A DNA stretch of 35,701 nucleotides, taken from positions 1-35,701 of the forward strand of contig JAVCBW010000061.1 in NCBI GenBank assembly GCA_037917675.1, written 5' to 3'. Source of the stretch: Thermoproteota archaeon (GTDB taxonomy: Archaea; Korarchaeota; Korarchaeia; B14-G2). Numbering within the stretch: the stretch's first letter is position 1; the number at the start of each line of letters is the position of its first letter. Positions 20,408-30,043 of the stretch are shown here, one piece after another. The notes beneath the pieces were generated by a model. The model was not told the DNA's origin, did no database searches, and saw nothing but the letters and a program-made list of their open reading frames with translations. The translations under genes were made by a program, and so were the position numbers.

Positions 20408-21871
20408 CTAGAGGTACTTGAGCCTCAGGTACTCTAGCAGCCTTGGTGGCTTAAGCTCCTCCCCAAGCGCCAGCTTCACCAGCTCTCTTGGAGGGTAGAC
20501 TGCACCCCACCTATGCACCCTCTCCCTAAGATAGCTCATTACCTCGCTGAACCTCCTTTCCCTCACCTTCTCATCTAGGTCTTTGACTGATAGGGCTATC
20601 TGAGCTGCTAGCACCCTGCCTATGGCATAGGTTGGGAAGTATCCTACATACCCCTGTGACCAGTGTACATCCTGTAGCACGCCTTCTCTGTGGCTTTTCG
20701 GCTTCACCCCTATCAGCTCCTCCATAAGCTCCTCCCAGGCCTGCGGGAGCTCACTTACACTCAGCTTCTCCTCGAGGATCTCCTTCTCAATCCTGTACCT
20801 GAGGTAGACATGAAGCACATACTGGACTTCATCTGCCTCAACCCTGATGAGCTCAGGCCTAACTAGAGTAAAGTACGTATAGATGTCCTCTATAGAGTAG
20901 CTTCTGAGGAACGGCAGGTACTCTATCATGTCTCTATAGAATGCCTCTACAAATGCTATGCTTCTCCCAACTACATTCTCCCAGAAGAGTGACTGAGACT
21001 CATGTGTTCCAAGTGATGCACCCCTCTGGACTGGAGTGAGCCACAGCACCCTGTCTATGTTCATGTCATAGGCTGCATGCCCGAACTCATGTAGCACAGC
21101 AAACAGTGATCTTCTAAAGTCTCTCTCATGGTATCGTGTAGTTATCCTCACGTCATCTAAGCCTAGCCCAAAGGTGACTGGGTGAGGTGAGGTGTCTAGC
21201 CTGCCTCGCTTGAAGTCGAAGCCCACGGCCTCAAGCACCCTCATGTTGAGCTCTCTCATCCTCTGCTTGTCATACTCCTCCTTCTCAAGAGGGTGCTCTC
21301 GTGGATGCCTCTCAGAAACCTTCCTGAATAGCTCTGATAGCTCTCCTATTATGGAGAAGAGCTTCTCACAGTCTGCTACACTAAAGCCCTCTTCAAACCA
21401 GTCTAGTAGAGGGTCATATGGGTGCTTCTCATATCCTAGGAGCTCAGCTTTCCTCTTAGCTAGCTCAAACACCTTGCCTAGGTGAGGTGAGAAGAGCTTG
21501 TAGTCGCTCTTCTCCCTGGCCTTAACCCAGACAGAGTAGGCTTCAGTAGCTACCTTAGCTTCCTCCTCAACGAACTCTGATGGAAGCTTCTCAAGCCTCT
21601 CAATCTCCCTCCTGAGGACTCTGATGACCCCCCTCTCGAAGTCGTTTCTAGGCTCAGCCCTCCACACAAGAGACTTAAGCTCCTGGCTGGTGAGAGTCCT
21701 CTGGATCATCCTCCTCAAGACAGCCCTAGCTTCACCTCTCTCCCTGAAGCCAGCCTCAGGCATATAGGTCTCCATGTCCCATGTCATTAGTGAGAGAGCA
21801 TGCTCAAGAGCCCAAACCTCCCTGTACCTCCTTAAGATCTCCTTTACCTCAAGGCTCTCAGCAAGCTCCAT
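20408..21871 (-). CDS. Thermostable carboxypeptidase, M32 family
   Basis: HEFGH, HESQS, IRVEADE, LQDVHW, GYFPTY. Confidence 0.95.
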   Translation of the reverse strand: MELAESLEVKEILRRYREVWALEHALSLMTWDMETYMPEAGFRERGEARAVLRRMIQRTLTSQELKSLVWRAEPRNDFERGVIRVLRREIERLEKLPSEFVEEEAKVATEAYSVWVKAREKSDYKLFSPHLGKVFELAKRKAELLGYEKHPYDPLLDWFEEGFSVADCEKLFSIIGELSELFRKVSERHPREHPLEKEEYDKQRMRELNMRVLEAVGFDFKRGRLDTSPHPVTFGLGLDDVRITTRYHERDFRRSLFAVLHEFGHAAYDMNIDRVLWLTPVQRGASLGTHESQSLFWENVVGRSIAFVEAFYRDMIEYLPFLRSYSIEDIYTYFTLVRPELIRVEADEVQYVLHVYLRYRIEKEILEEKLSVSELPQAWEELMEELIGVKPKSHREGVLQDVHWSQGYVGYFPTYAIGRVLAAQIALSVKDLDEKVRERRFSEVMSYLRERVHRWGAVYPPRELVKLALGEELKPPRLLEYLRLKYL

Positions 21872-21977
21872 GCTTACACCAGAGCCCTAAGGCCTCACGT
21901 GATATAAGCTTCAGCAAGCCTGCTTGAAAGCTGGTAGAAATCTGGTGCTAGGAGGCTTCTTCACCAAAAGCAGCAAG

Positions 21978-23267
21978 CTAAGAGAGCAGTGGAGAGCTAA
22001 GGCGGCTTGTCTCAAGTGATGCCAGTAGGAGTGGCAGCTTTTCCCTGTCTAGTAGCAGGGTTTTCAGGTGCTTTGGCTTACGCCATGGTGCTGCACTCCA
22101 CTTGGCTTCAAACCCAACTTGCCTTCCTCCTATCACTGCTACGACGTCTACTTCCGTCTGGTTTCTCCAGTAGAATGCTGGAGCTAGCCTTGCCACATGT
22201 GATGCTAGCGTAGACTCTGCTATGGTCTCTTCTAGGACCTCTACTCCAGTGTACCTTGAGAAGACCTCATAGATGAGTGGGTCTGTCAAGTGTATCTTCT
22301 TGTTCTTCCTGTAATGTACCTTCCCATCTGGTGACATGTAGTTCAAGACTAGTGCTGTGAACAGTGCCTCCAGGGTTTCTACGTAAGACTGTGCTGTATG
22401 AGATGACGCTATCGATGTCTCTCTTGCTATGCTAAGCCAGCTTACTGGTGTCAGCCTGCTTCTCAGGATGTATGCTATGACTTCTCTCATGTACTTGCTG
22501 CTCTTTCCTGCTCTGCTCCAGTCTGACTTGAGCCAGTCTAGGTATGCTTTGAGCGTCGCCTGTGCGACCTTACCTCTCGTAGCCTTGTCTATGATGGATA
22601 GGGGGAAGCCTCCTGTCTCCATGTAGCTGGCGAAAAGCCTGCTTATCCTCCCATGCAGCACTCTGTTAGCCTTCATGGCCCTCTCCACATCATCCATGCT
22701 GGTTAGCCTCGCTTTAACAACCTTGAGCCCATGTACTCTCTCGATGTAGTCTGAGAAGCTCAGTGGGTGCATCACTATGTCTCTGCCAAGCCCCCTTCTA
22801 CCTGGGAACAGCTCTCTCTGGCTGAATAGCTCGATACTAGCTGACCCAGAGACCACGATGACATCCCTCTGGAGCAGCTTCCTATCTATCCTCGACTTGA
22901 CTGCTCTCCACCACTCCCTGACGAACGTCACTTCATCTAAGGCTATCAGTGAGCTTCTGATCCCACGCTCATCTCTAGCTGACAGGTAGCTGTCTATGAC
23001 CTCTCCTAGCTCCCTGTAGTCGCTGAGCTCATCACAGGAGTAGTAGAATATGCTCCATGGGCTCCACCCTCTTTCTAGAGCTCTGTGTATGAGTATCTTG
23101 AGAGCTGTGGTCTTGCCGACCTGCCTTGGCCCAACTAGGAAGTGGAGAGCGAAGGGCTTGAGCTCAAGCCCATCTAAAACAGGTGGAATCCACTTCACCA
23201 CAGAGCTCTTCCACTCCTCATAGCCCTCATCAGCTTCACCAAACCACCAGGGGTTGTACCACTCCAT
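21978..23267 (-). CDS. AAA_14 / DUF4143 ATP-binding protein
   Basis: NPWW start, GPRQVGKTT, LDEV, SGS, GGFP, EVD..FEAK; ATG 23267 chosen, about 22 nt from a TATA box. Confidence 0.85.
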   Translation of the reverse strand: MEWYNPWWFGEADEGYEEWKSSVVKWIPPVLDGLELKPFALHFLVGPRQVGKTTALKILIHRALERGWSPWSIFYYSCDELSDYRELGEVIDSYLSARDERGIRSSLIALDEVTFVREWWRAVKSRIDRKLLQRDVIVVSGSASIELFSQRELFPGRRGLGRDIVMHPLSFSDYIERVHGLKVVKARLTSMDDVERAMKANRVLHGRISRLFASYMETGGFPLSIIDKATRGKVAQATLKAYLDWLKSDWSRAGKSSKYMREVIAYILRSRLTPVSWLSIARETSIASSHTAQSYVETLEALFTALVLNYMSPDGKVHYRKNKKIHLTDPLIYEVFSRYTGVEVLEETIAESTLASHVARLAPAFYWRNQTEVDVVAVIGGRQVGFEAKWSAAPWRKPKHLKTLLLDREKLPLLLASLETSRLSSPLLS

Positions 23268-23499
23268 GCATCCACTGTACAATAGGATATATATAAGAGT
23301 TTGCAGCATTGTTGCAAATAACCTCTGGAGTGTCGTTACACTACTGTACCGGTGACAGCGGTAGAGCAGCTGCAGCTCTTTCCAGCTATCCTCTACATGG
23401 CAGTTTCAGGTTTAAGCTCCCCACAGGGCTCACAGCTGGCAGCTTTATCCTGCTGATGCAGCTGCTAAGGCTTAAGAGCATCTGGGAGAAGGCTTCCTG

Positions 23500-24591
23500 A
23501 TGAGGATCCTGGTATACGAGTGGGCTTGCGCAGGAGGGTACAGGGAGTCTCCAGGGATCTTGGTTGAAGGCTATGCTATGATGCAGGCTGCTGTAGAGGA
23601 CTTCTCTAGGATAGCTGAGGCAGCTGCAGCCTTGGATCCAGCTCTAGCAGCTAAGGCTCCTGTCAGCATGCAGCTGGCGCCAGCTAGCCTCAAGGAGGCT
23701 GCTGAGGCATATAGCCCAGACTACGTTCTGATCATAGCACCTGAGTCAGCTGGAGTCCTGAAGGACCTTGTAAGCGAGGCCATAGACCTAGGTTTAACTC
23801 CGCTCAACTGCAGCCCAGAGGCTATAGAGCTGTGTGGAGACAAGCAGAGGACGATTGAGGAGGCTAGAGGAGCTGGGCTAGCTACCCCAAAATCTATCCC
23901 GGTGAGCACAGCTGAAGCACCTCAGAGGCCACCTAGCTTCCCTGCTGTAGCCAAGCCCCTAGATGGGGTTGGCTGCGAGTCCCTCTACCTAGCTAGAGAC
24001 AGGCTGGAGCTTCTTAAGGCTCTCAAGCTGATCAGGCAAGCTGGCTGGCAGACAGCCGTGGTCCAGGAGTATATCAGGGGAGCTAACGTGAGCGTGAGCC
24101 TCATAGCCCAGCAAGGGGAGGCTAAGGCTATCACAGTGAACTCCCAGTTCATATCGCTAGCTCCTCCACCAGAGGCTTCAAGCTACAAGGGGGGGTATAC
24201 TCCAGTTAGGCTCCCTAAGGCGAGTAAGGCAGCTGAGGCAGCTGAGAAGATCTGCGCGAGGATAAGTGGGCTGAGAGGCTATATCGGAGTAGACCTGGTG
24301 CTAGCTGAGGAGCCTTACATAATTGAAGTCAACCCTAGGCTCACAACAAGCTACATAGGAGTGAGAATGGTCGCTGACCAGAACATAGCAGAGGCTATGC
24401 TGCCTTGGAGGAAGCTGCCTCTGAGGCCAGTAGGCTACTCAGCCTTCAAGAAGCTCAAGCTCAGGAGGAAGCCAAGGCTGAGAGCGCACATAGCAGCTCC
24501 ACCAGGGCTCAGGGAGGCCATGGTAGCAGTATGGGCTCCAAGCCTAAGGGAGGCACTAGCTGAGCTAAAGAGAGCCTCTACACCATCCTAG
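23500..24591 (+). CDS. mfnD: Tyramine--L-glutamate ligase (ATP-grasp), methanofuran biosynthesis
   Basis: ILVYEWACAGG, EGYAM, IIAPE, KPLDGVGC, EVNPRLTTSY; clustered with other mfn genes. Confidence 0.8.
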   Translation: MRILVYEWACAGGYRESPGILVEGYAMMQAAVEDFSRIAEAAAALDPALAAKAPVSMQLAPASLKEAAEAYSPDYVLIIAPESAGVLKDLVSEAIDLGLTPLNCSPEAIELCGDKQRTIEEARGAGLATPKSIPVSTAEAPQRPPSFPAVAKPLDGVGCESLYLARDRLELLKALKLIRQAGWQTAVVQEYIRGANVSVSLIAQQGEAKAITVNSQFISLAPPPEASSYKGGYTPVRLPKASKAAEAAEKICARISGLRGYIGVDLVLAEEPYIIEVNPRLTTSYIGVRMVADQNIAEAMLPWRKLPLRPVGYSAFKKLKLRRKPRLRAHIAAPPGLREAMVAVWAPSLREALAELKRASTPS

Positions 24592-25114
24592 CTAGCAGCC
24601 TGCTATGCTGTAGCTAGGCTTCAAGCTAGGGCTACAAAGGCTGAAGCTCCGCCTTCAGCTAGAGTGTACCTGCCTCACTGGCAAGCAGGTTGCTGCTGCC
24701 ACAAGACAGCAGCCTAATAGCCTACACATACCACCTAGGAGGTGAGCTCCTACTGGAATCCCACAGCCACGCTCCCAGCTCCAGGAGCCTCCTACATGCT
24801 TCTAAACATGTAGCTCACAGAGCTAGCATAAGCTCATAGTGCAGCTCTAGACGCAACCTAGGCTCTAGTGGAGGTAAGGTCTGAAGCTGCTACAGGCTTC
24901 TCAGCTCCAGGAAGCTGAGCTAGAGTCATGCAGGACCTTTTCTGCTAGATATTGGATCCCAGTGCTCTAGAGGTAAGCTGGCTTAGGCTACACAACCTCT
25001 TAGAGCCTAGACCCATGCCTTCTTGAGCTACCTTGCCTACGTGTTCAGAGACATGTTCTCCGGCCTACTACCAGATGAGGAAGGCAAGCGCTAGGGTTCA
25101 GGAGCAGCTCTTGA

Positions 25115-25610
25115 AAGTGATAACAAATTTATAACACTTACATGTTATAGCAATGATTAATGTGGAAATGCTCAGGGTCGGAAAATTTGCAAATTAATTG
25201 GAGTTCATCCTTTAACAGTTAGGAGATGGATCTATGGTGGAAAGATAAGAGCGGTTAAGGTTGGGAAGGAGTATAGAATTCCATACTCAGAATATTTAAG
25301 GCTGACAGGAAAGGAAGATGTGAGAAATAAAGTTGTAATATATGCGAGAGTGTCATCGAGAGATCAAGAAAAAGATTTGCAGACGCAAGTGGAGTATTTT
25401 GAGGAAGTACTGTGAGGAGAACGGTTACGAGGTTATAGATGTTCTAACTGATATCGCCTCGGGATTGAATGAAGACAGAAAAGGTTTGAGTAAACAATTC
25501 GAAGATCTTACGATGTGACATTACAGATAAAAAGTATCTAAATAATAAACAAAAAAGATTGTTAAATTTTGTTGTAGAATGTTATAATAAGCTACGGAGA
25601 ACCAGAACGG
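25115..25610 (+). mobile_element. Decayed IS607-family element (tnpA 5' half + right end, no tnpB)
   Basis: Sharp AT-rich block; ATGTTATA near both ends (25142, 25579); ends in CAGAACGG; left boundary approximate. Confidence 0.85.
25153..25503 (+). pseudogene. tnpA: IS607 TnpA N-terminal part, two frameshifts, truncated
   Basis: GVHPLTVRRW..GKIRAVKVGKEYRIP (MerR HTH), IYARVSSRDQ (catalytic Ser), DIASGLNEDRKGL. Confidence 0.9.
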
Positions 25611-25741
25611 TATGTGGATGGAGGCTACGTCTGTAGCAGCGAGTGATAGGCTAAGCTGGCTAGTCACCTCGATAAGCTGCTGGTGGCAGCTGAGAGCATA
25701 GAGGAGCAGGTGGTTGGCACACAGAAGATCTTACGATGTGA
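25501..25741 (+). repeat. Perfect 18-bp direct repeat GAAGATCTTACGATGTGA
   Basis: Copies at 25501-25518 and 25724-25741. Confidence 0.95.
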
Positions 25742-25808
25742 GTGGTGCGTAGTCTTCAGAGTGCTCTTCAGAAAACTATATTTTACATGTAGTGTAGGAG
25801 AGAGGAGG

Positions 25809-26885
25809 ATGAGGGCCAGGCGTAGCAGCTTGATAGCTCTAGGCCTAGACATCGGGGGGGCAAACCTGAAGGCTGTAGCAGTAGCATCTGACAGCACAGT
25901 GAAAGTTGTCAGAGTCAAGTCGAGGTACTTCCCCATATGGAAGGCTGGTAGGGAGAAGCTTAGTGGTGAGCTAAGGAAGCTGGTGGGTGAAGTCTGCCCT
26001 AGTGGCTTTGATATAGCTGTGATAGCGATGACAGCTGAGCTATCAGACGCCTACTGGTGTAAGAGTGAGGGTGTCAGGCATGTCATAGAGTCTACGAGGC
26101 AGGCTATAGGGGAGAGCTTCCTGGTAGCCAACATACATGGCGGCTTCTATACTCCAGAGGAGGCTGAGGAGAGGCCTCTAGAGGTCGCTGCAGCAAACTG
26201 GCCTGCCTCAGCCTGGCTGGTAGGCAGAAAGCTACCTAATGCAGTCCTAATAGATGTAGGCTCGACTACAACAGACATCATACCAGTAGAGAATGGGGTG
26301 GCAGCAGCCCTAGGTAAGACAGACCCAGAGAGGCTAGCTACAGGAGAGCTAGTCTTCACAGGAGCTCTCAGGACAAGCGTTAGCGCAGTAGCTAAGTGGG
26401 TTCCAGTCAAGGGGAGGATGACAAGGACTTCACCAGAGTACTTCGCGATAACAGCAGACGTACACCTCATATTAGGCCACATAGCTCCAAGCCAGTACAC
26501 ATGTGATACACCAGATGGAAGAGGTAAGACGAGAGAAGAGGCTCTAGCTAGGCTGAGCAGAGTGCCCTGTGCAGACCCAGAGATCCTAGAGGAGTGGGAG
26601 ATAGTCAGGCTAGCTAGGTTCATATATGAGAAGCAGCTACAGCAGATAACAGAGGCGATAATCCAGGTTTCATCGAGAAGCAGGCACCTGGCATCGAGGG
26701 ATACGCCAGTTGTGACATGCGGGGTTGGGAGGAGCTTCCTAGCGGAGCCAGCTGCCAGAAGAGCAGGCTACCACAAGATAACGCCAATAGAAGACCTATA
26801 TGGCCTACATGCAGCAGAGGCTACTCCAGCATATGCTCTAGCACTCATGGCACTAGAACATAAAGCAAGCTACAGACAGCTATAA
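25809..26885 (+). CDS. mfnF: MfnF (hydantoinase/oxoprolinase-like furan-tyramine coupling enzyme), methanofuran biosynthesis
   Basis: GLDIGGANLK, MTAELSDAY..K.EGV, AAANW.ASA, DVGSTTTDIIP, TDPERL..GELVFTG; ATG 25809 follows GGAGG. Confidence 0.85.
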   Translation: MRARRSSLIALGLDIGGANLKAVAVASDSTVKVVRVKSRYFPIWKAGREKLSGELRKLVGEVCPSGFDIAVIAMTAELSDAYWCKSEGVRHVIESTRQAIGESFLVANIHGGFYTPEEAEERPLEVAAANWPASAWLVGRKLPNAVLIDVGSTTTDIIPVENGVAAALGKTDPERLATGELVFTGALRTSVSAVAKWVPVKGRMTRTSPEYFAITADVHLILGHIAPSQYTCDTPDGRGKTREEALARLSRVPCADPEILEEWEIVRLARFIYEKQLQQITEAIIQVSSRSRHLASRDTPVVTCGVGRSFLAEPAARRAGYHKITPIEDLYGLHAAEATPAYALALMALEHKASYRQL

Positions 26886-27091
26886 AGCTGCTATCATGCC
26901 AGCGTACAGGGTGCTCAAGAGCCTATATTCCACAAATGGCTGAGGCAGCCAGCTTTAGCTGCAGCTTCTAGCTGCAGCAGGCACAGCCCCCAAAGGAGGC
27001 CTGAGCTTACAGCCTTGAATTAGGCGGGAAGACTTTTCAAGTGAGGCTCTATGGCATGCTATCTGACGGGAGAATCTAACAGGGTGGTCTA

Positions 27092-28030
27092 GTGAAGGTT
27101 AGTAGAAGGAGGTTTCTGCTAGCTGCAGCTGGGGCTGCAGCTGTAATCCTGGGATATGAGGTCTTCAAGGCCATTCCAGAGGAGAAGCCTCATCAAGCTA
27201 AGAAGCCTGCCTCAAGGAGGAGGCCTATTGTAGCCATGGTTAAGGGCGGCGCTCCAGCTGTCAAGAAGTCTATTGAGCTCATAGGTGGGCTTAAGGTGGA
27301 TGGGAGAGCTGTCATAAAGCCCAATGTCGGCTTCCCTCATGGGAGTGCTGTCACGTCACCTGTAGTCGTAGCTGAGCTAGCTAGAGCACTCTATGAAGCT
27401 GGAGCTAGCGAAGTTGCTGTAGCTGAGAGCTCTGTGAGAGGATCTGATACCAGATGGTGCTTTGAGAAGACTGGATACTATAGTGTCCTTAAGCCTCTTG
27501 GGATCGAGGTAATAGACCTCAGGGAGCAGGATGACACCGTCACAGTTAAAGCTGAGGGGACCTTGAGGCTCAGGGAGGCCTCTGTATATGAGCTGCCCTA
27601 TAGAGCTGGCTTCCTGGCTTCTGTCGCTAAGATGAAGAGGCATATTAGCGCTGATGTCACACTTGGAATAAAGAACCTGATAGGATGCTTCCCTGACAGC
27701 GAGAAGGGGAGGTTCCATAGGATAGGCCTCCACGAGTGCATAGCTGACATAGCTTACATCCTCAAGCCCAACCTGGTAGTGATAGATGCTACAGAAGCCA
27801 TGACTGAGAGGGGGCCGACAGGAGGCACCATGGTCCCAGCGGACACGGTGATAGCTTCAAGAGACCCTCTTGCAGCAGACTATATTGCAGCAAAGCTCCT
27901 GTTCCAGCTGGAGGGGGTCGAGAACCCAGGTGAGAGAGCTGCTGAGGTAAAGCATTTAAGGTATGCACAGCAGCTTGGCTTAGGTGTCATGGGAAGCGAG
28001 GTAGAGGTCAGGTTTGCTCAGCTTCCATAG
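27092..28030 (+). CDS. DUF362 domain protein with twin-arginine (Tat) signal
   Basis: SRRRFL + hydrophobic stretch; IKPN, AE, KMKRH, TLGIKNLIG, GP.GG, DPLAAD. Confidence 0.85.
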   Translation: MKVSRRRFLLAAAGAAAVILGYEVFKAIPEEKPHQAKKPASRRRPIVAMVKGGAPAVKKSIELIGGLKVDGRAVIKPNVGFPHGSAVTSPVVVAELARALYEAGASEVAVAESSVRGSDTRWCFEKTGYYSVLKPLGIEVIDLREQDDTVTVKAEGTLRLREASVYELPYRAGFLASVAKMKRHISADVTLGIKNLIGCFPDSEKGRFHRIGLHECIADIAYILKPNLVVIDATEAMTERGPTGGTMVPADTVIASRDPLAADYIAAKLLFQLEGVENPGERAAEVKHLRYAQQLGLGVMGSEVEVRFAQLP

Positions 28031-28613
28031 CATTAAGCTAGGGCGTAGGAGCCTACTGAAGCTTGCAGCAGCCTTCATAGCAGCAGCATCGCTAGGATCC
28101 TTAGCTAAAGCTCTCCCGCGAAAGAGGGTCGTCAGGCCACCTGGCGCCCTGGTTGAAGAGGAGTTTCTAGCTAGATGCTTGAGGTGTAGCCAGTGCATCC
28201 AGAGCTGCACTACTGGCACCCTGGTAGCCTGCACGCTAGCAGAAGGCCTCCTGCTGTGGGGCACACCAAGGGTAGATCCGCTAAAGGCTCCATGTGAGGC
28301 TTTCGCTGGCAGGTGTGAGAGGAAGAGGCCTTGTGTTGAGAGCTGTCCAACAGATGCTATAGTCTACACACCAGTAGTCAAGATAGGGTCGGTGAAGTGG
28401 ATAAAGGAGAGCTGCCTAGCATACCAGGGGAAACAGTGTCTAGTATGCCTAGAGGTATGCCCATCTAGAGGAGCTATAAAGGTGAGAGGAAGGGTCCCAA
28501 GATTCGACAGCAGCAGGTGTGTAGGCTGTGGCAGATGTGTCAACGCCTGCCCAGCTCAGCCTAAGGCGCTGTACCTCACACCAGAGGGGGAAGTAAGGGT
28601 TGCCAAGCCTTAG
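28014..28613 (+). CDS. NapG/MauM-like multi-4Fe-4S protein with Tat-like signal
   Basis: RRSLL, RPPGAL..EEFLARCLRCSQCIQSC, GTP and further CxxCxxxCP motifs. Confidence 0.85.
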   Translation: MLSFHSIKLGRRSLLKLAAAFIAAASLGSLAKALPRKRVVRPPGALVEEEFLARCLRCSQCIQSCTTGTLVACTLAEGLLLWGTPRVDPLKAPCEAFAGRCERKRPCVESCPTDAIVYTPVVKIGSVKWIKESCLAYQGKQCLVCLEVCPSRGAIKVRGRVPRFDSSRCVGCGRCVNACPAQPKALYLTPEGEVRVAKP

Positions 28614-29373
28614 CAAGCTCAGAGTAGCTACAGCAGCTGTCTCACTTGCCCTCTACACGGTGGCGGTAGCTAGGAGGGCTCTGAGGGGGGTGCTAGCATA
28701 CCTCAAGATAGGAGCACTATGCTTAGCTTGCCCACTAGGCATACTCCAGGCTGCCTTAGCCTCTCTACACCTGACTGCCAGAATGGTTGCTGCTTTAGCC
28801 ACATCTATGCTGGTGCTCCTAGCTTTAGGCAGAGTGTTCTGTGGATGGATCTGCTCTACTGGAGTAGTAGTGCACTTAGCCTATAGGCCAAGAGGCAGAG
28901 GAAGCCTACTCTATGCTCCAGCTATCATGCTAGCCATAGCTGTAGCAGCCCTTCTGCTTCATGCTCCAGTCTTCTGCCTAGTATGCCCAGTAGGCCTCCC
29001 ATTCAAGATCATATCAACATACCTGTCTGGTGCAAGCTTGCATGCCATGCTACTGGCTTTCCTAGCATGGCTCATGCTGGCAGCTATACTAGCCAGGAGG
29101 GGTCTAGCATTGTGCAGCTTCCTCTGTCCAGTGGGCTTCCTCATAGGGCTGCCTTCAGCAGTCTCTATTCTAAAGACTGAAGCTGCTCCAGGCTGCACGG
29201 GATGCCGCCTATGCGAGAGGGCATGTCCATCTCAGATACCTCTGCCATCAGCTACCCTCCTTGATAGAGCTAAGTGCACACTCTGCTTAAAGTGCATGGA
29301 GGCATGTAAGAATGTAGAGCTCACTCTAGCTGGGAAGCATATTGCTGGAGGTGAGCAGCCTGATAGCAGTTAA
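28600..29373 (+). CDS. NapH/MauN-like membrane Fe-S protein
   Basis: TM helices with CP, GRVFCGWIC, CLVCP, CSFLCP.G and two C-terminal ferredoxin motifs. Confidence 0.85.
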   Translation: MPSLSKLRVATAAVSLALYTVAVARRALRGVLAYLKIGALCLACPLGILQAALASLHLTARMVAALATSMLVLLALGRVFCGWICSTGVVVHLAYRPRGRGSLLYAPAIMLAIAVAALLLHAPVFCLVCPVGLPFKIISTYLSGASLHAMLLAFLAWLMLAAILARRGLALCSFLCPVGFLIGLPSAVSILKTEAAPGCTGCRLCERACPSQIPLPSATLLDRAKCTLCLKCMEACKNVELTLAGKHIAGGEQPDSS

Positions 29374-29929
29374 GGTGGGAGGCTGCCTGATGGCTTACCC
29401 AAGGGGGCTTCGTGAGGTAGCTGCTATCCTAGCTGAGCTAGCTGAGGTCTTTCATCTAGCTATAATACCAGGTGGCGGGAAGCTAGCTAGGGAAGTCAGG
29501 AGCATCCAGAGAGATCATAGCCTATCAGATAAGGTAGCTCACTGGATGGCTGCTCTAGCACAAGACCAATATGGGCTGATGCTAGCTGAGCTCACAGGCC
29601 TCCCGACAGCAGAGTCACTAGCTGAGCTAGCTGAAGGCAGCGCTGTCCTGCTGCCATACAGGGTGCTCAGAAAGCTAGACCATGTTCCTCACAGCTGGAG
29701 TGTGACAGGAGATAGCATAGCAGCAGCTATAGCAAGAGAGCTTAAGGCAGTGAAGCTTATCCTAGTGAAGTGCATTCCCCTAAGGAGATGCATTGAGGCT
29801 CCACCAGATGAGCTAGAGGCCCTCAGGGTGGTAGACAGCTACTTCCCAGCTGCAGCCAGAGGGCTAAGGGTATTGGCTGCATCAGGTGTCTTCCCAAGCA
29901 CCATAAGGGAGGCAGCTTACCTAAGCTAA
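29351..29929 (+). CDS. mfnE: [5-(aminomethyl)furan-3-yl]methyl phosphate kinase (amino-acid kinase family)
   Basis: VKVGG, IIPGGG..A..VR, AHWMA..AQDQYG, PHSWSVTGDSIAA; GTG 29351 overlaps the upstream gene. Confidence 0.8.
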   Translation: MSSLIAVKVGGCLMAYPRGLREVAAILAELAEVFHLAIIPGGGKLAREVRSIQRDHSLSDKVAHWMAALAQDQYGLMLAELTGLPTAESLAELAEGSAVLLPYRVLRKLDHVPHSWSVTGDSIAAAIARELKAVKLILVKCIPLRRCIEAPPDELEALRVVDSYFPAAARGLRVLAASGVFPSTIREAAYLS

Positions 29930-30043
29930 CAAGAACCTCCTTGATGCCTTCCCTATGTCAGCATGCTCCAGCTCACCATCTGGCTTCTCGTGCTGAGCTG
30001 ACTCGCAAGCTCCTTGGCAGCAGGCTGGTAAGGCTTATATCTC

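Noticed and set aside
21978-23267. AAA/DUF4143 ATPase as an antiviral system
   Set aside because: It is a common stand-alone archaeal family and has no partner defence genes here.
25683-25808. 42-aa Cys-containing N-terminal extension of MfnF
   Set aside because: The MfnF fold starts at LGLDIGG, ATG 25809 has a GGAGG site and the extension spans AT-rich promoter-like DNA.
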